In this document: positions 37,615 to 50,694 of the stretch, one piece after another | How the letters are laid out: every line of letters begins with the position of its first letter | Numbering within the stretch: the first letter of the stretch is position 1 | Notes under the pieces: model-generated | What the model saw: only the letters and a program-made list of their open reading frames with translations | Databases searched by the model: none | Told to the model about the DNA's origin: nothing | Translations under genes and position numbers: made by a program | Assembly: GCF_032444005.1 (NCBI RefSeq) | Contig: NC_091284.1 | Span: 433,814,001 to 433,878,000 of the forward strand | Source of the DNA: Ranitomeya imitator | Taxonomy: Eukaryota | Length of the DNA: 64,000 bases | Direction: 5' to 3'

Positions 37615-38275
37615 ATGACTCTTTGGCTGCCTTCACAGGAGGTGTTCATTCTGTTCATGTAAATGATGCCTTAAAGATTTGGTTTAAGTTAGCATTATAT
37701 TTTTTGTAAAGCAATACATATTCAAAAAAGGTTTACAAAAAAAATGCTGGGGAAATAATGGCTTTCTTTGTACAAGACTGGCATGTGAAGTCATAGAGCC
37801 AACCCTGCTGGACAGGGACCAGCCATTCTAAATGTTCCACCATATGTTTAGTTTCCCTGCATACGGTATATGTAACATCATTCAGTAGTCATTGTGTATA
37901 TGAAAGGAAGAATGCAGATTTTTTTTTTTTACCAATCTTTACCAAGATTGAGGCAATTCAGACGCAACATTAACATGGATTTTTGTTGCTGTTTATACAA
38001 GGTACTTGACGAATATGACAAAATTCAGTCTTGACTGGGTAAGTGGTAGCTGGCTTTTGAATCCTCTCGGAGCCCGAGCCAAAACTTGGAAACTTGTTTT
38101 GGCTTTTGTGCCATTGGCTTGCTATTCTGTTTGATTCACTGAAAATATTTAGTTGTTTTATATTGAAAGTCTGTATACAAACTTTCAAAAATGTATGTTT
38201 ATTGTTAAAGTTAACTATATCAATTTAACAGCAGCACATAAGAAGTAAGTTGCTTCTTTACCAACAGCTTTTTAT

Positions 38276-38303
38276 AATAAATATATACTTATTACTTAAT
38301 AAA
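38276..38303 (+). terminator. Candidate dtx2 polyadenylation signals
   Basis: Two AATAAA hexamers (38276, 38298) about 660 nt after the stop codon and before TE sequence resumes. The region is AT-rich, so these could be chance. Confidence 0.35.
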
Positions 38304-38574
38304 AATTTTATGGAGGGAAAAAAAAACCTTTTTGAACAAGTTCTTTAATACCTTGTCAATTTTTCTTTTTCAAGTTACACTCATTTTAAATGCACATATT
38401 ATTAAGTATTTATTCCAGTCCATAGGATAGGGGTTAGCTTATTGATCAGAGTACAGTGGCCTGCTATCTCCAGCAGTCTGATTCTGGAATATTACATACA
38501 TATTATTCGAGCACACCCAAGATCCTCGGGTAACACGTTAGCAGAGCACGTTCGCTCATCATTACTAGTGAGCA

Positions 38575-39900
38575 CCTTCAACCCACAGTGCTTTACAGAA
38601 TTTTACAATGTTGATCTGTAAAAATGAAAAAAAAAAATTTCCCCACAAACGTTTTAGCCCCAAATGTTTTCATTTTCACAAGGATAGCAGGAGAAAATGG
38701 ACAACCAAATTTGTTGTGCAATTTCTCCTGAGTACACCGATACCCAATGGTTGAAAACTACTTTTGAGGCACAGTGCAAAGCTGTCCAGCAAAATCTGAA
38801 CTCCAATATAGCACGTCTTCCCTTCTGTTTTGAGGGTGCCATGTCACATTGGCTGACCTAATTTTGCAAACTACACCCCACTAATGAATTCATCTTGGGG
38901 TGCAATGATTGTATTTACACATGTGCCTCACAGAATTTTATACCATTGAGCGGTGAAGAAAGAAAAATGTTTACCACTAAAATATTGTTTTAGTTTTTAA
39001 TTTTTCGAAGTGCTAGTAGGAAAAGATGGACCTCAGTTTGTTGTAAAAATTTGATTGTGCCAATAAAACTACATGTAATCAGGAAATACTTTTCAGGCAC
39101 CGTGCAAAACTCTTGAAAGGGACGGAGCGCCATATTATAGTGCCAATTTTACTGCTATGATTTGTTGGTACTCAGATACTCCATAAGTGGTCGAAAACTA
39201 CTTTTGAGAGACAGAAGGGAAGAAGCACTATATGAAAGTAAAATCAAAGTTGCCGTTGCAGAGCCCCTGATGTGCCAGAACAGCAGAACCCCCCATAATG
39301 GACTCCCATTTTACAAACTACACCTCTCAATGAATTCATCTAAGGGTGAAATGATCATATTGACACCACAGATGTGTCATAGAATGTAATAACATTGGGC
39401 AGTGAAGAAGAAAAAATAAAATTTTACCACCAAATTTAGTTTTAGCCCTATATTAACATTTTCACATGGAGACATGGGTAAAAATGGCACCAAAATATGT
39501 CCCACAAATTCTGCTAAATGTAGAAATACCCCATATGTGGCTGTACAGTACTGCTTAGCCACACAGCGACACTTGGGAGGGACAAAGCGCTGTTTGCCTC
39601 CTGAAGCACAAATTTTCCTAGAATAGTTTGCGGACTCCATATACAGAGCACCTAAGTGCTAGAACATGAGAATCCCCCCTCAAGTGACCCCATTTAGGAA
39701 ATTATACCCCTTTTTTGGAATTTATCTACAGGTATTGTGGTGATTTTGACTCCATGGGTGTTTTCCAGAAGCAAGCTGTAGTAGATGTTGCTTAGTAAAA
39801 ATTGCAAAATGCCGTGGTAGTTTCCAGTATGTTATAGAGCTTGTGGTTATGAAGACACGCTCCCGTTAATTAGGCAGGCTGTCATCCCTACAGAAATGGC
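38575..39900. mobile_element. Decayed pieces of the large piggyBac-like family
   Basis: Inverted similarity to 21700-23200 motifs (CAATTTCTCCTGAGTAC, GACCCCATTTT..AAACTACACC). Confidence 0.5.
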
Positions 39901-40426
39901 AAACATTATTTTCATGGTCCTTAATTACAGACAATTGATCACTTCAATACTTTGTTCCACATATTTCACATTGGTGGCTACCATGCAAAAAGGAAGTGAG
40001 AGGAGTTCAAAAAGAGGTAAAATAAAATTGAAATCTTTATTAATAGCATGAACATATAAAATTGATTAAAAGGACAGGGTGTAGGCCTCCAAAAATTGGA
40101 GGGGGTGATCCTATAGCAGAAGGATTAGATTTACATGAGATGCACATGAATCCAAATTAGCCATACAGACAATGTAGAAAAGGCTGCCAGAGGAATAATA
40201 GGCCACTTAGTGGGAATTGCCAATATGGCAGTTTCTAACCCCCCCCCCTCCCCCCAAGTTTTGCAAAAGCAATATTGGATGCTGTTCCAAAAAGTATAAA
40301 CTATGTATGGGCTTAATGGTATGTAAACCAATGTTAGTGGCACCAGTGTAATCGGTAAGTGCTAAGAGGGGGGTCCATCCAAGAATGGAAATAGTGTAAA
40401 GGTATGTACGTCTATAGAGGTGTATA

Positions 40427-40580
40427 CAGTGCCTTGCGAAAGTATTCGGCTCCCTGGAACTTTTCAACCATTTCCCACATATCATGCTTCAAGCATAAAG
40501 ATACCAAATGTAAATTTTTGGTGAAGAATCAACAACAAGTGGAACACAATTGTGAAATTGAACGAAATTTATTGGTTATT
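40427..40580 (+). mobile_element. Tc1 terminal fragment
   Basis: TA|CAGTGCCTTGCGAAAGTATTCGGC, a Tc1-like TIR start. Confidence 0.65.
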
Positions 40581-40584
40581 TTAA

Positions 40585-40908
40585 CCCCTTTACCCCCAAC
40601 GGTGGTTTCCACGTTAATGACCGGGCCAATTTTTACAATTCTGACCACTGTCCCTTATGAGGTTATAATTCTTGAACGTTTCAACGGATCCCGGTGATTC
40701 TGACATTTTCTCGTGACATATTGTACTTCATGATAGTGGTAAAATTTATTTGATATTACCTGAGTTTATTTGTGAAAAAAATGGAAACTTGGAGAAAAAT
40801 TTTGAAAATTTTGCAATTTTCCAACTTTGAATTTTTATGCAATTAAATCACAGATATGTCACACAAAATACTTAAGTAACATTTCCCACATGTCTACTTT
40901 ACATCAGC
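40585..40908. mobile_element. Truncated piggyBac-like end
   Basis: TTAA|CCCCTTTACCCCCAA; a close inverted copy of 23290-23608. Confidence 0.8.
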
Positions 40909-41147
40909 AAAACAATGGGGAGACAAAGAGCGCAATAGGGTCTTATCCACGTTACACAGAGGAGAATATACACCAAATTTGCTCACCTGGTTAGGATGAG
41001 ATTAGAGCATCTAGATAGCGGCTGCTGCAGATCCACATGTCTTCACCGACCAGAGAAAATAATGTCTTCAAAGGGAGATTTGTAGTTAAAATTCTGCGCT
41101 GCCGCTAAGATGAATTTCAGGAGATTATAGTTGATTCACCGTGGTTT

Positions 41148-41193
41148 TATTCATCGCGTTTCAGGGGTCTCATGCCCCTTTCATCAGGAAATA
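41148..41193 (-). ncRNA. Degenerate minimal hammerhead ribozyme motif
   Basis: TATTTC-CTGATGA-A-AGGGG[CATGAGA]CCCCT-GAAA-CGCG-AT-GAATA. The core is intact, but the U of the cleavage triplet is replaced by A. Confidence 0.6.
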
Positions 41194-41878
41194 CCACACA
41201 GAATATACAGGCATCACAGGTATAAATAGTTTTGCTAGGTTACAAAAAAATTTGCACCAACAGGTCAGATGACTCGGTGTCAAAATTCAATGATAACACA
41301 CAATTAACAATTCAAACGATTAGAGAGATATATAATGAAAATACAATGACTTCTTTTATATTTCTAGACAATAGTTCCAAATTTGCAGCATTTAGGAGGA
41401 AATAAAAAAAAAAAAACAATCTCTACTTAAGTGGACAAGAACCTGTAAGAAAAGGATTTACTCCAGTTCAGAAGCGAATGCCTTACATATGAACTACCCT
41501 GTGGAATCAACAGGCTGCTTTTTCTTGTTGAAAATCCATTGGAATTTTTACATTGAATGTGGAATAAAATCATGTTTTATTATTTTACATTAAAAAATAT
41601 AAACATATATGTGAAGATTAATTTGTGGTGATCTAAAATTGTGTCACGTACATAAGAGTAACAATTTAAGCAGCGAACCAGCGCTCGAGGTGAGCACAGA
41701 AACAAAGTGAAATTAACACTTCACCTGTCCAAGGACCAATGATAGATATCATATGTAACAAAAGCGAATATAGCATTGCCAAGGGAGGGGAATGAATGAA
41801 TACACAGTACTCAGTGATCACAAAGAACAGCAGCATGAGAAGGGACGCCCGGCAGCAGAGTGAAAGCGGATCGAGTTA

Positions 41879-42207
41879 TGGTATGTGCACACGTCAAGAT
41901 TATCTAGAAGAAATTTCCTGACAAAAACCGGACATTTCTGCCAGAAATCCGCATGCTTTTTTTTTTCGCGTTTTTGATGCGGTTTTTTTAATGCGTTTTT
42001 TCCCAATGCATAGGATAGCGGGAAAAACGTGAGAAACGCAAAATTAATGACCATGCTGCTTTTTTTTACCACAATGCGTTTTTTTTTGCGGAAAAAACGC
42101 ATCATGTGCACAAAAATTGCAGAATGCATTCTAAATGATAGGATGCATATGTCTGCAGTTTCTAATGCGTTTTTATCGCAAAAAAACCTGAACGTGTGCA
42201 CATACCC
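41879..42207. mobile_element. PIF/Harbinger-like palindromic MITE
   Basis: (T)GGTATGTGCACACG / CGTGTGCACATACCC with TTA/TAA flanks; an inverted relative of 12597-12947. Confidence 0.75.
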
Positions 42208-42730
42208 TAAAGTGCTCCAGTCTGGAGGGGTCATTACACCCTGTGAAGCTGCCACAATCTGCACTATCTCCCAGGATTTAATCCCAAGAGTAGATAAACC
42301 ATTGTTCAGGACACAGTTGTAATGGAGGCAATTTGTATGGATTAAAGGAGTGAAAGCGCTCCTCTCCAGGGCAGACTCAGACTATGCTGACATGAGGAAT
42401 TTGATCAATACAGGGCAGATGAAGAAGAATTTTCTTGTAGAAAAATATAAAAATAAAAGGAATTACATGGAATAAAGGCAGAAATTACAACTAAACATAT
42501 CAATGAATGACTCCAAGATAATCCTAAATGTAAATGTATATAAATCTTAAATGGCTCAAAGCACAAAGGATTAAAAAATCAATCATAACTATACAATTAT
42601 AAATATAGAGATATCAAATTCATAAAAAAGGGGAGGGCTGCGCATTCAAATAAAACCTTGGTAGTTTCATTAAATATATATATAAATAAATAAAAGTATA
42701 AAAATAGAGACGGAAAAAAAAATTCACTAT

Positions 42731-44230
42731 TTAGATGAAAACCTCAGTTATTTCATTTAAGTCTAGTGGTTTTAGGCTACCTAATTTGTAGATCCAGTAT
42801 ACTTCTTTCCTATTTAATTTCATGGATCTATTCGGTACATGCTTAGGTATATGGTCGATAGGGCTGATTTTCAATAGTTTAAAGTCCATATTATGCACCA
42901 GGGCATAATGTCTGGACAGACCATGAGTGAGTAAGCCTTTTTTTTATATTTTGACGATGGGAATTCAGTCTGAGGTGTAGGGAATGTGTAGTTCTCCCTA
43001 CATACTGTTTACCGCAGGGACATTCAATAACCTATATTACAAAGTCAGAAATGCAATTTAGAAAAAAAGGAATCATACATTTTTCTTTAGTGGAGCAGGA
43101 AATTATACAATCAGATTTATGATTTATGCTGGAACAGCATAAGCAATTTTTTGTGCCACATTTAAAAATTCCTTTGGTGGAATTACTGGTGAGAAATCTA
43201 TTGGCCCCTGTATGGGATCTCAGGCAGCTGGGGGCTATTAAGTTCTTAATTGTGGGGGCTCTTCGAAATGTGGTCCCCGGATTTCTCAGAAGAATTCTAT
43301 TTAAAATAGGATCATTTAGCAGTATGTGCCAATTCTTTTGGAAAATTGATTGAAAAATTATTATGGGCTACTGTAAAAGAAAGATTCCAACTATTAAAAT
43401 TTATTGTCTGGATAAAATTTTCAATATTAGCGGAGTTATCCAAAATAAAATATAAATCATCAATGAATCTCTTATATAAAATAATATTTTTACACCAATT
43501 CTCATTAAAAATAAAAATTTCTTCAAAAATCCCCATAAAAAGGTTAGCAAATGTAGGCGCTATCTTCGAGCCCATTGCGGTCCCCTTGATTTGCTGATAA
43601 AATAATTTGTCAAAAGTAAAATAATTGTTTTTCAGTATAAAATCAATTCCTTTTATGATAAAATCCTTTCGTCCCGAAGAAAGCCTATTATCAGATTTTA
43701 AAAATTGATAAAAACAATTTGTGCCAACATCATGTGCAATATTAGAGTAAAGTGCAGTTACATCCATAGTAATAAATAATGCGGTTTCCAAGTGACCTCT
43801 TGCAGTAAATACAATAGATGGGTTGAGTCTCTGAGGTGACTTTTTAGATTAAACACATGCGGTAACATTATCCTATCAATATAGTGGGCTAAATTTAAGG
43901 TCAGAGAATTGATACCTGCAATTATCGGTCTGCCAGGGGGATTATGAAGACTTTTGTGCACTTTGGGCAGATGGTAAAAAAAAGGGATACTGGGGTTCTT
44001 AATAGTTAAAAAAAAATCTTCTCCTTACTGTTAAAGATATTCTGTAAAATCCCCTCAGCGATAAGAGCATTATAGGCTTTAATAGAGTTGGAGTAGTTAC
44101 TCAATGAGCTTTCTTCATAATAATCAGTGTCCGATAAAATCCTATTAGCTTCATTGATGTAGTCGACTACTCTGACCTCAAATTTAGCCCTGGGATTCAG
44201 AAGGTAAACCGGTGCTATGGTCTCAGTTGT
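42731..44230 (-). pseudogene. Penelope RT + GIY-YIG endonuclease remnant
   Basis: PPGRPIIAGI, DVTALYSNI, GTAMGSKIAPTFANLFMG and RFIDDL; C-terminus ...EVYWIYKLGSLKPLDLNE...VFI*. Confidence 0.85.
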
Positions 44231-44418
44231 AAGTCAGTGGGAGGTCCTTTTAACCTGTCTGTATTTCCTGCTCCCCATTAGGGCAAAGAGACAACCTCCA
44301 TATGCCGTCGTGGAAGGTTCCTAGAAACCGAATTACCAGTAAGTCTAATTCCATTTTTTTTTTTTTTTCTTGCATGTTTTGGCACTTTTACACAATTGAA
44401 CCTATTTTATACAAGTTA

Positions 44419-45365
44419 CTGTATATACTCGAGTATAAGCCGACCCCCCCTAATTTTGCCACAAAAAACAGGGGAAACGTAATGACTCGAATATAAGCCT
44501 AGGGTGGGAAATGCAGCAGCTACCGGTAAATGTCAAAAGTAAAAATAGATACCAATAAAAGTAAAATTAATTGAGACATCAGTAGGTTGTGTTTTTGAAT
44601 ATCCATATTGAATCAGGAGCCCCATATAATGATTTATAAAGTTTATGATGGCGCCATAAGATGCTCCATATTAAAATATGCCCCATATAATCCTGCATAA
44701 AGGTTAATAATGGCCCCATAAGATGCTCCATACAGACACTTAACTCATTTGCTGTTGCTGCGATTAAAAAAAAAAATCACATACCTCTCCATTGCTCAGG
44801 CCCCCGGCACTTTCAATATTCACCTGACTTCGTTCCGACGCCGCTCCATCTTCAGCGTCTTCTGCACTGACGTTCAGGCAGAGGGCGCGCACTAACCACG
44901 TCACCGCGCCCTCTGACCTGAGCGTCACTGCAGAAGACACTGAAGATGGAGCGGCGGCTGGAACGAGGAGCAGGTGAATATCGCGCAGAGCTGCGCTCCC
45001 CTCACCATTATACTCACTTGCTCCCGGCGTGGTGCAGTCCCTGCTTCCCCGGCGCTGCTGCTTCCTCTACTCAGCGGTCCCCGTTACTGCTCATTACAGT
45101 AATGAATATGCGGCTCCACCCCTATGGGAGGTGGAGCCGCATATTCATTACTGTAATGAGCAGTACCATGTGACCGCTCAGTACAGGAAGAAGCTGGTGA
45201 GCCAGTGACCTGCAGGGACCGCGCCTGGAGCAGCTGAGTATAATTAGACAGCCCCCGCTCCCCCTCCCCTGCCGTCCCCTGGGTATGACTCGAGTATAAG
45301 CCGAGAGGGGGACTTTAAGCCTCCAAAAAATGGGCTGAAAATCTCGGCTTATACTCGAGTGTATG
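44419..45365. mobile_element. Tc2/pogo-like MITE (opposite orientation to 6054-7130)
   Basis: TA|CTGTATATACTCGAGTATAAGCCG ... CGGCTTATACTCGAGTGTAT. Confidence 0.78.
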
Positions 45366-45977
45366 CTGAGTGTATGGTTTTTGTGCTGGACGAGATTACT
45401 TTTTCGGTAGCATTTTTATTTACTTTCGTCTTTGTGTATTTTAATTCACTTGTTCGGCAGTATGATAATAAGCATAGTTTTTTTTCTTTTGCATCGTTTT
45501 TATTTTTTACGGTGTTCACTGAAGGAATTAACTAGTGGGACAGTTTTATAGGTTGGGTTGTTCTGGGAGCAGTGATACCAAACGTGTGTTTTGTTTTTTT
45601 TTGTTTTGGGTTTTTTTTCATGAAAATATTCATTTATGGGTACAATATATATTTATTACTTTATCTTTTTTTTTACATTTTTTTTTTTTTTTTTACTTTA
45701 GTCTCTCTTTGGGCTTTCACTTCTTTTTCTCTGATCACTTATAAAGCGTAGCTATACATGAGTATTGCTATGGTTTCTAAATTGTCAGTTCTGCACTGTC
45801 ATACAGCATACTCAAAGCATGATGTAACAAGCCTGCTAGCTCTGATGACCCAGTTGTCGTCCTGACTTAATCGGGTCACCATGACAATGTTCGGGCTTCC
45901 ACAATGATGCCAATCGGAGAGCAAGGGGTGCCCCCTCTCTCTGTTTGCCTTCTAAATGCTTCAATCGCTATTAGATG

Positions 45978-47417
45978 TCTGTAACGCAGAGTATCTGAAG
46001 AGGAATAACCTCATGATCCAGTATCAGCACGGGTTTACTAGGGACCGTTCATGTCAGACTAATTTAATCAGTTTCTATGAAGAGGTAAGTTCCGGATTGG
46101 ACCAAGGGAACCCAGTGGATGTAGTGTATATGGACTTTTCAAAAGCTTTTGATACGGTGCCACACAAAAGGTTGATACATAAAATGAGAATAATGGGGAT
46201 AGGGGAAAATATGTGCAAGTGGGTTGAGAGCTGGCTCGGGGATAGGAAACAAAGGGTGTTTATTAATGGAGCACACTCGGACTGGGTAGCGGTTAGCAGT
46301 GGGGTACCACAGGGGTCAGTATTGGGCCCTCTTCTTTTTAACATTTATTAATGACCTTGTAGGGGGCATTCAGAGTAGAATTTCAATATTTGCAGATGAC
46401 ACAAAACTCTGCAGGGTAATCAATACAGAGGAGGACAATTTTATATTACAGGATGATTTATGTAAACTAGAAGCTTGGGCTGATAAATGGCAAATGAGCT
46501 TTAATGGGGATAAATGTAAGGTCATGCACTTGGGCAGAAGTAATAAGATGTATAACAATGTGCTTAATTCTAAAACTCTGGGCAAAACCGTCAATGAAAA
46601 AGACCTGGGTGTATGGGTGGATGACAAACTCATATTCAGTGGCCAGTGTCAGGCAGCTGCTACAAAGGCAAATAAAATAATGGGATGAATTAAAAGAGGC
46701 ATAGATGCTCATGAGAAGAACATAATTTTACCTCTATACAAGTCACAAGTTCGACCACACTTAGAATACTGTGCACAGTTCTGGTCTCCGGTGTATAAGA
46801 AAGACATAGCTTAACTAGAGCGGGTGCAGAGAAGAGCGACCAAGGTTATTAGAGGACTGGGGGGTCTGCAATACCAAAATAGGTTATTACACTTGGGGCT
46901 ATTTAGTTTGGAAAAACGAAGACTAAGGGGTGATCTGATGTTAATGTATAAATATATGAGGGGACAGTAGAAAGACCTTTCTGATGATCTTTTTAATCAT
47001 AGACCTGAAACTGGGACAAGGGGGCATCCTCTGCGTTTGGAGGAAAAAAGGTTTAAGCATAATAACAGACGCGGGTTCTTTACTGTAAGAGCAGTGAGAC
47101 TATGGAACTCTCTGCCGTATGATGTTGTAATGAGTGATTCATTACTTAAATTTAAGAGGGGACTGGATACCTTTCTGGAAAAGTATAATGTTACAGGGTA
47201 CATACACTAGATTCCTTGATAGGGCGTTGATCCAGGGAACTAGTCTGATTGCCGTATGTGCAGTCGGGAAGGAATTTTTTTTTTTTGCCACATGGGGTTT
47301 TTTTTGCCTTCCTCTGGATCAACATGTTAGGGCATGTTAGGTTAGGCTATAGGCTATGGGTTGAACTAGATGGACTTATAGTCTTCCTCCAACCTTAATA
47401 ACTATGTAACTATGTAA
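45978..47417 (+). mobile_element. 5'-truncated CR1 LINE (RT remnant + 3' UTR)
   Basis: QHGFTRDRSCQTNLISFYE, YMDFSKAFDTVPH, GVPQGSVLGP and FADDTKL; tandem AACTATGT tail. Confidence 0.93.
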
Positions 47418-48454
47418 TGTCTGAATGAGGCTTACACTGATATAGCAAAGCGTTAGGACTACCTTGCCGTGCTCTGAACACTGCAGCACTGACATTGGCA
47501 GGGATCACAGGTCAGAAGCCTGGTTTTGTACTACTATTGCCAGGCTACCTAGGTGTTTTCACCGCTGGAGGAAGTCTCTGTACTGTGTTTTCACCACGCA
47601 GTGCAGTTCTGTGAACACTGTGCTGTGACAAATGGAAATTGTTGCTGTATTTGCAGTGTGTTTCGTGTTCAGACATTTGCACACCAGCAAATAAAAATGG
47701 CAGCCCCCCAGCGGTTGCACAAGCAATAAATACAAAATGTTTTTTTACTTAACCATTGAATTTATAGGTAGTGATGAGCGAATATACTCGTTACTCGAGA
47801 TTAGAGATGAGCGGTGTTCGAGTCGAACTGTTCGCCAATCTCAAATTCAAGCTGTTTTGGGCGGTGTTCAAGTCGTTCGACGAACCCAAACAATTTGCTT
47901 AAAATTCAGCTGTTCGAGTTTCTGTTCGATAACTGTTCGTTCAGCAAAAGCCTCGTTTGATTTGCACATTAAAACTGTTTATCATTGTTAATAAACTGTT
48001 TCAGTGTATAGTGGGCGGGGGGGCAAGGGATAGATCTGTGCTGAAATAACGCCGATCTCCATTTTTTTTTCTTTCCCGCATTTACAGTGGGGCGGTGCAG
48101 TCTCTCAGCCTATCAGCAGTGCGCACACACAGAGCAATGTGCATGTGATGCACACAAGCAAGGGCATGTGTCATTGGCTGTGTATGTCACATGTCCTTGC
48201 CCTATAAGAACCAGCTATTTGCCCCGTCGCCACCATTTCACTGCTGCAGCTTAATGTTAGACGGCAAAGAGTGTTTTTTTGGAGCGAATTGTCAGAGATG
48301 GGTTTAGGGAGTCGGGACTAGTTGTAATAGCAGCCCTTTTCAGGGTAGGTTGCAGCAGTTCATAGCACTGTTTGCCAGGCAGGCCTGTGCCAGTGCTGTG
48401 CAAGTGTTTGTCACAGCATTTGGTGTAATTTAGCTCAGAAAAATAGCACGGGGA

Positions 48455-49100
48455 CAAAACGCCCAGAATTCTCTTATTCAAATTGCTAACAGCACAGAGA
48501 CAAAAATATAAAAAATAACTTTTATTATAACCTTTTAAAACTACCTAATAAAAACTGTCCAAGTGCAAAATCCACAAACACTTGACTACACATGTCCAAT
48601 CGGACCAAACACCATAGGAATCCTGAATGCAATTAACAAACAAGACCCTATCTGATATAATCATGACCAGTTCCAATTTCGAACCACATTGAGATTAGAT
48701 ATCAAATCATATGCATTTCTAGACTCTGTAATTCAAATCTTTTTGTTATATACGACATTTGAGTTACAAAAATCACAGTCTCTATGTGGGCTAGCTTATT
48801 TGGGTAGGTCCACAAATACCCATAATATTATGCAAAGCGAGTAAGTTGGAAAGATCTCACCCATTTGCAGCTCTGGTGCTGATCATTCGTTCTTCCCCTC
48901 CAAGTAACCGCTCTGTAAGCTGGGAGAGATGGGGTAGTCTTGCCCTGTTGTGCCCTGTATAGGCTATTGCGGCCCTGACCCCAATTTGCTCCCGCCCTTA
49001 CAAGGGCAGTCCACAGCTGACCCTTTTATCAAAGAGCCCGAAACATCCCGCCGCGTTTCGTCAATGTATAGACTCTTCAGGGGACCTCACACTACGTTAG
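48455..49100 (-). mobile_element. Probable solo Penelope terminal-repeat fragment
   Basis: Hammerhead-like motif at 49045-49085 followed on the minus strand by a GG|GTGAGA donor (~48855-48862). No ORF; boundaries uncertain. Confidence 0.45.
49045..49085 (-). ncRNA. Degenerate minimal hammerhead ribozyme motif
   Basis: GTCCC-CTGAAGA-GTC[TATACATT]GAC-GAAA-CGCG-GC-GGGAT. Stems I and II pair, but the triplet U is replaced by G. Confidence 0.6.
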
Positions 49101-49355
49101 GGTACATAGCTAACTCAGAGAAAAAACAGCGGTTCTTCCTCTTTAACTCACGGGCTTTTAGTGGTCATGTAATCTACCTCAGCCAATCCTTTTGGGCTAG
49201 TAGTATTGTCTGATAGTCATCTGAGTAGCCCGCCTGTGAAACGGACTACACCGCCTCTGTATCTCTATTTTCACTGCATCTAATCCAGTTAATAGTTTAG
49301 GGCCTAGGAGCAGTGTCTGCACGTCAGCAGAGTAGCCCGCCTGTGAAACAAACTA

Positions 49356-50335
49356 CAGTCATGGACAAAAATTTTGAGAATGAGACAAATATTAATTTTT
49401 CCAAAGTCTACTGCTTCATTTTTTCTAATGGCAATTTGCATATACTCCTGAATGTCAGAATGATCAGCTTAACAGCAATTACTGTACTTGCAAAGTCAAT
49501 ATTTGCCCAGAAAATGAACTTTAAACCCCAAAACACATTTCAACATCATTGCAGTCCTGCCTTAAAAGGAGCAGCTAACATCGGTTTAGTGATTGATCCA
49601 TTAACACAGGTGTGGCTGTTGATGAGGACAGGGCTGGCGATCAATCAGTCATGATTAAGTAAGAATGACATCACTGGACACTTTAAAAGGAGGCTGGTGC
49701 TTGGTATCATTGTTTCTCTTCAGTTAACCATGGTTATCTCTAAAGAAACACGTGCAGCCATCATTGCACTGCACAAAACTGGCCTAACTGGGAAGAGTAT
49801 CGCAGCTACAAAGATTGCACCTCAGTCAACAATCTAACGCATCATCAAGAACTTCAAGGAGAGAGCTTCCATTGTTGTCAAGAAAGGCTCCAGGGCGCCC
49901 AAGAAAGACCAGCAAGCGCCAGGACCGTATCTTAAAACTGTTTCAGCTGCGGGATCGGACTACAAGCAGTGCCGAGCTTGCTCAGGAATGGCAGCAGGCT
50001 GGTGTGAGTGCTTCTGTACGCACTGTGAGGCGGAGACTCTTTGAGCAAGGCCTGGTTTCAAGGAGGCAGCAAAGAAGCCACTTCTCTCCAGAAAAAACAT
50101 CAGGGACCGACTGATATTCTGCAAAAGGTACAGGGAGTGGACTGCTGAGGACTGGGGCAAATTTTCTCTGATGAATCCCCTTTTCGATTGTTTGGGACAT
50201 CTGGAAAACAGCTTATTCGGAGAAGAAGAGGTGAGCGCTACCACCAGTCTTGTCTCATGCCAACTGTAAAGCATCCTGAAACCATTCATGTGTGGGGTTG
50301 CTTCTCAGCCAAGGGAATCGGCTCACTCACAGTCT
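49356..50335 (+). mobile_element. Decayed Tc1 element (5' part)
   Basis: TA|CAGTCATGGACAAAAATTTTGAG; transposase remnants PGRPRKTSKRQDR, VSASVRTVRRRL, DESPFRLF, TVKHPETIHVWGCFS. Confidence 0.85.
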
Positions 50336-50694
50336 TATTTATTGCACTCACAGATTTATTGTGAGTGCAAAAGTGGTGTAAGACTATGGCAACGTTGCTC
50401 ACAGCAGTGACCTGGGAGTCAGAAATGCCTCCAGGGGTCTTCACCTTGCTGTCCCCATGTCATTTGAGCACTGTTCCCATCGACTTCTGCAATTTCTAGT
50501 CCCTCTGCAGATCTGCAGACGGATGGGGGGAGGGTCGCTGAAAAAATGCTCCTGTTTCCCATAGACTTACATTGGGCTCCTTGCTCAGGTCGAGCACCTG
50601 AGCATTCCAATTTGCTCGACACGAGCAACGAGCAACCGAGGATTTTATTGCTTGTCCATCATTATGTGTGTGTGTGTGTGTGTGTGTGTATATA

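Larger units (their letters stand above)
40910..44230 (-). mobile_element. Penelope-like retroelement, 5'-truncated and decayed, with 3' terminal repeat
   Basis: RT and GIY-YIG remnants at 42731-44230, an AT-rich UTR and a hammerhead-like motif at 41148-41193; MITE insert at 41879-42207. Confidence 0.82.

Noticed and set aside
47770-50665. Large hAT-like element with TAG(A/T)GATGAGCG ends enclosing 47770-50665
   Set aside because: The ends are degenerate and I could not identify a TSD, so it is not called as a feature.
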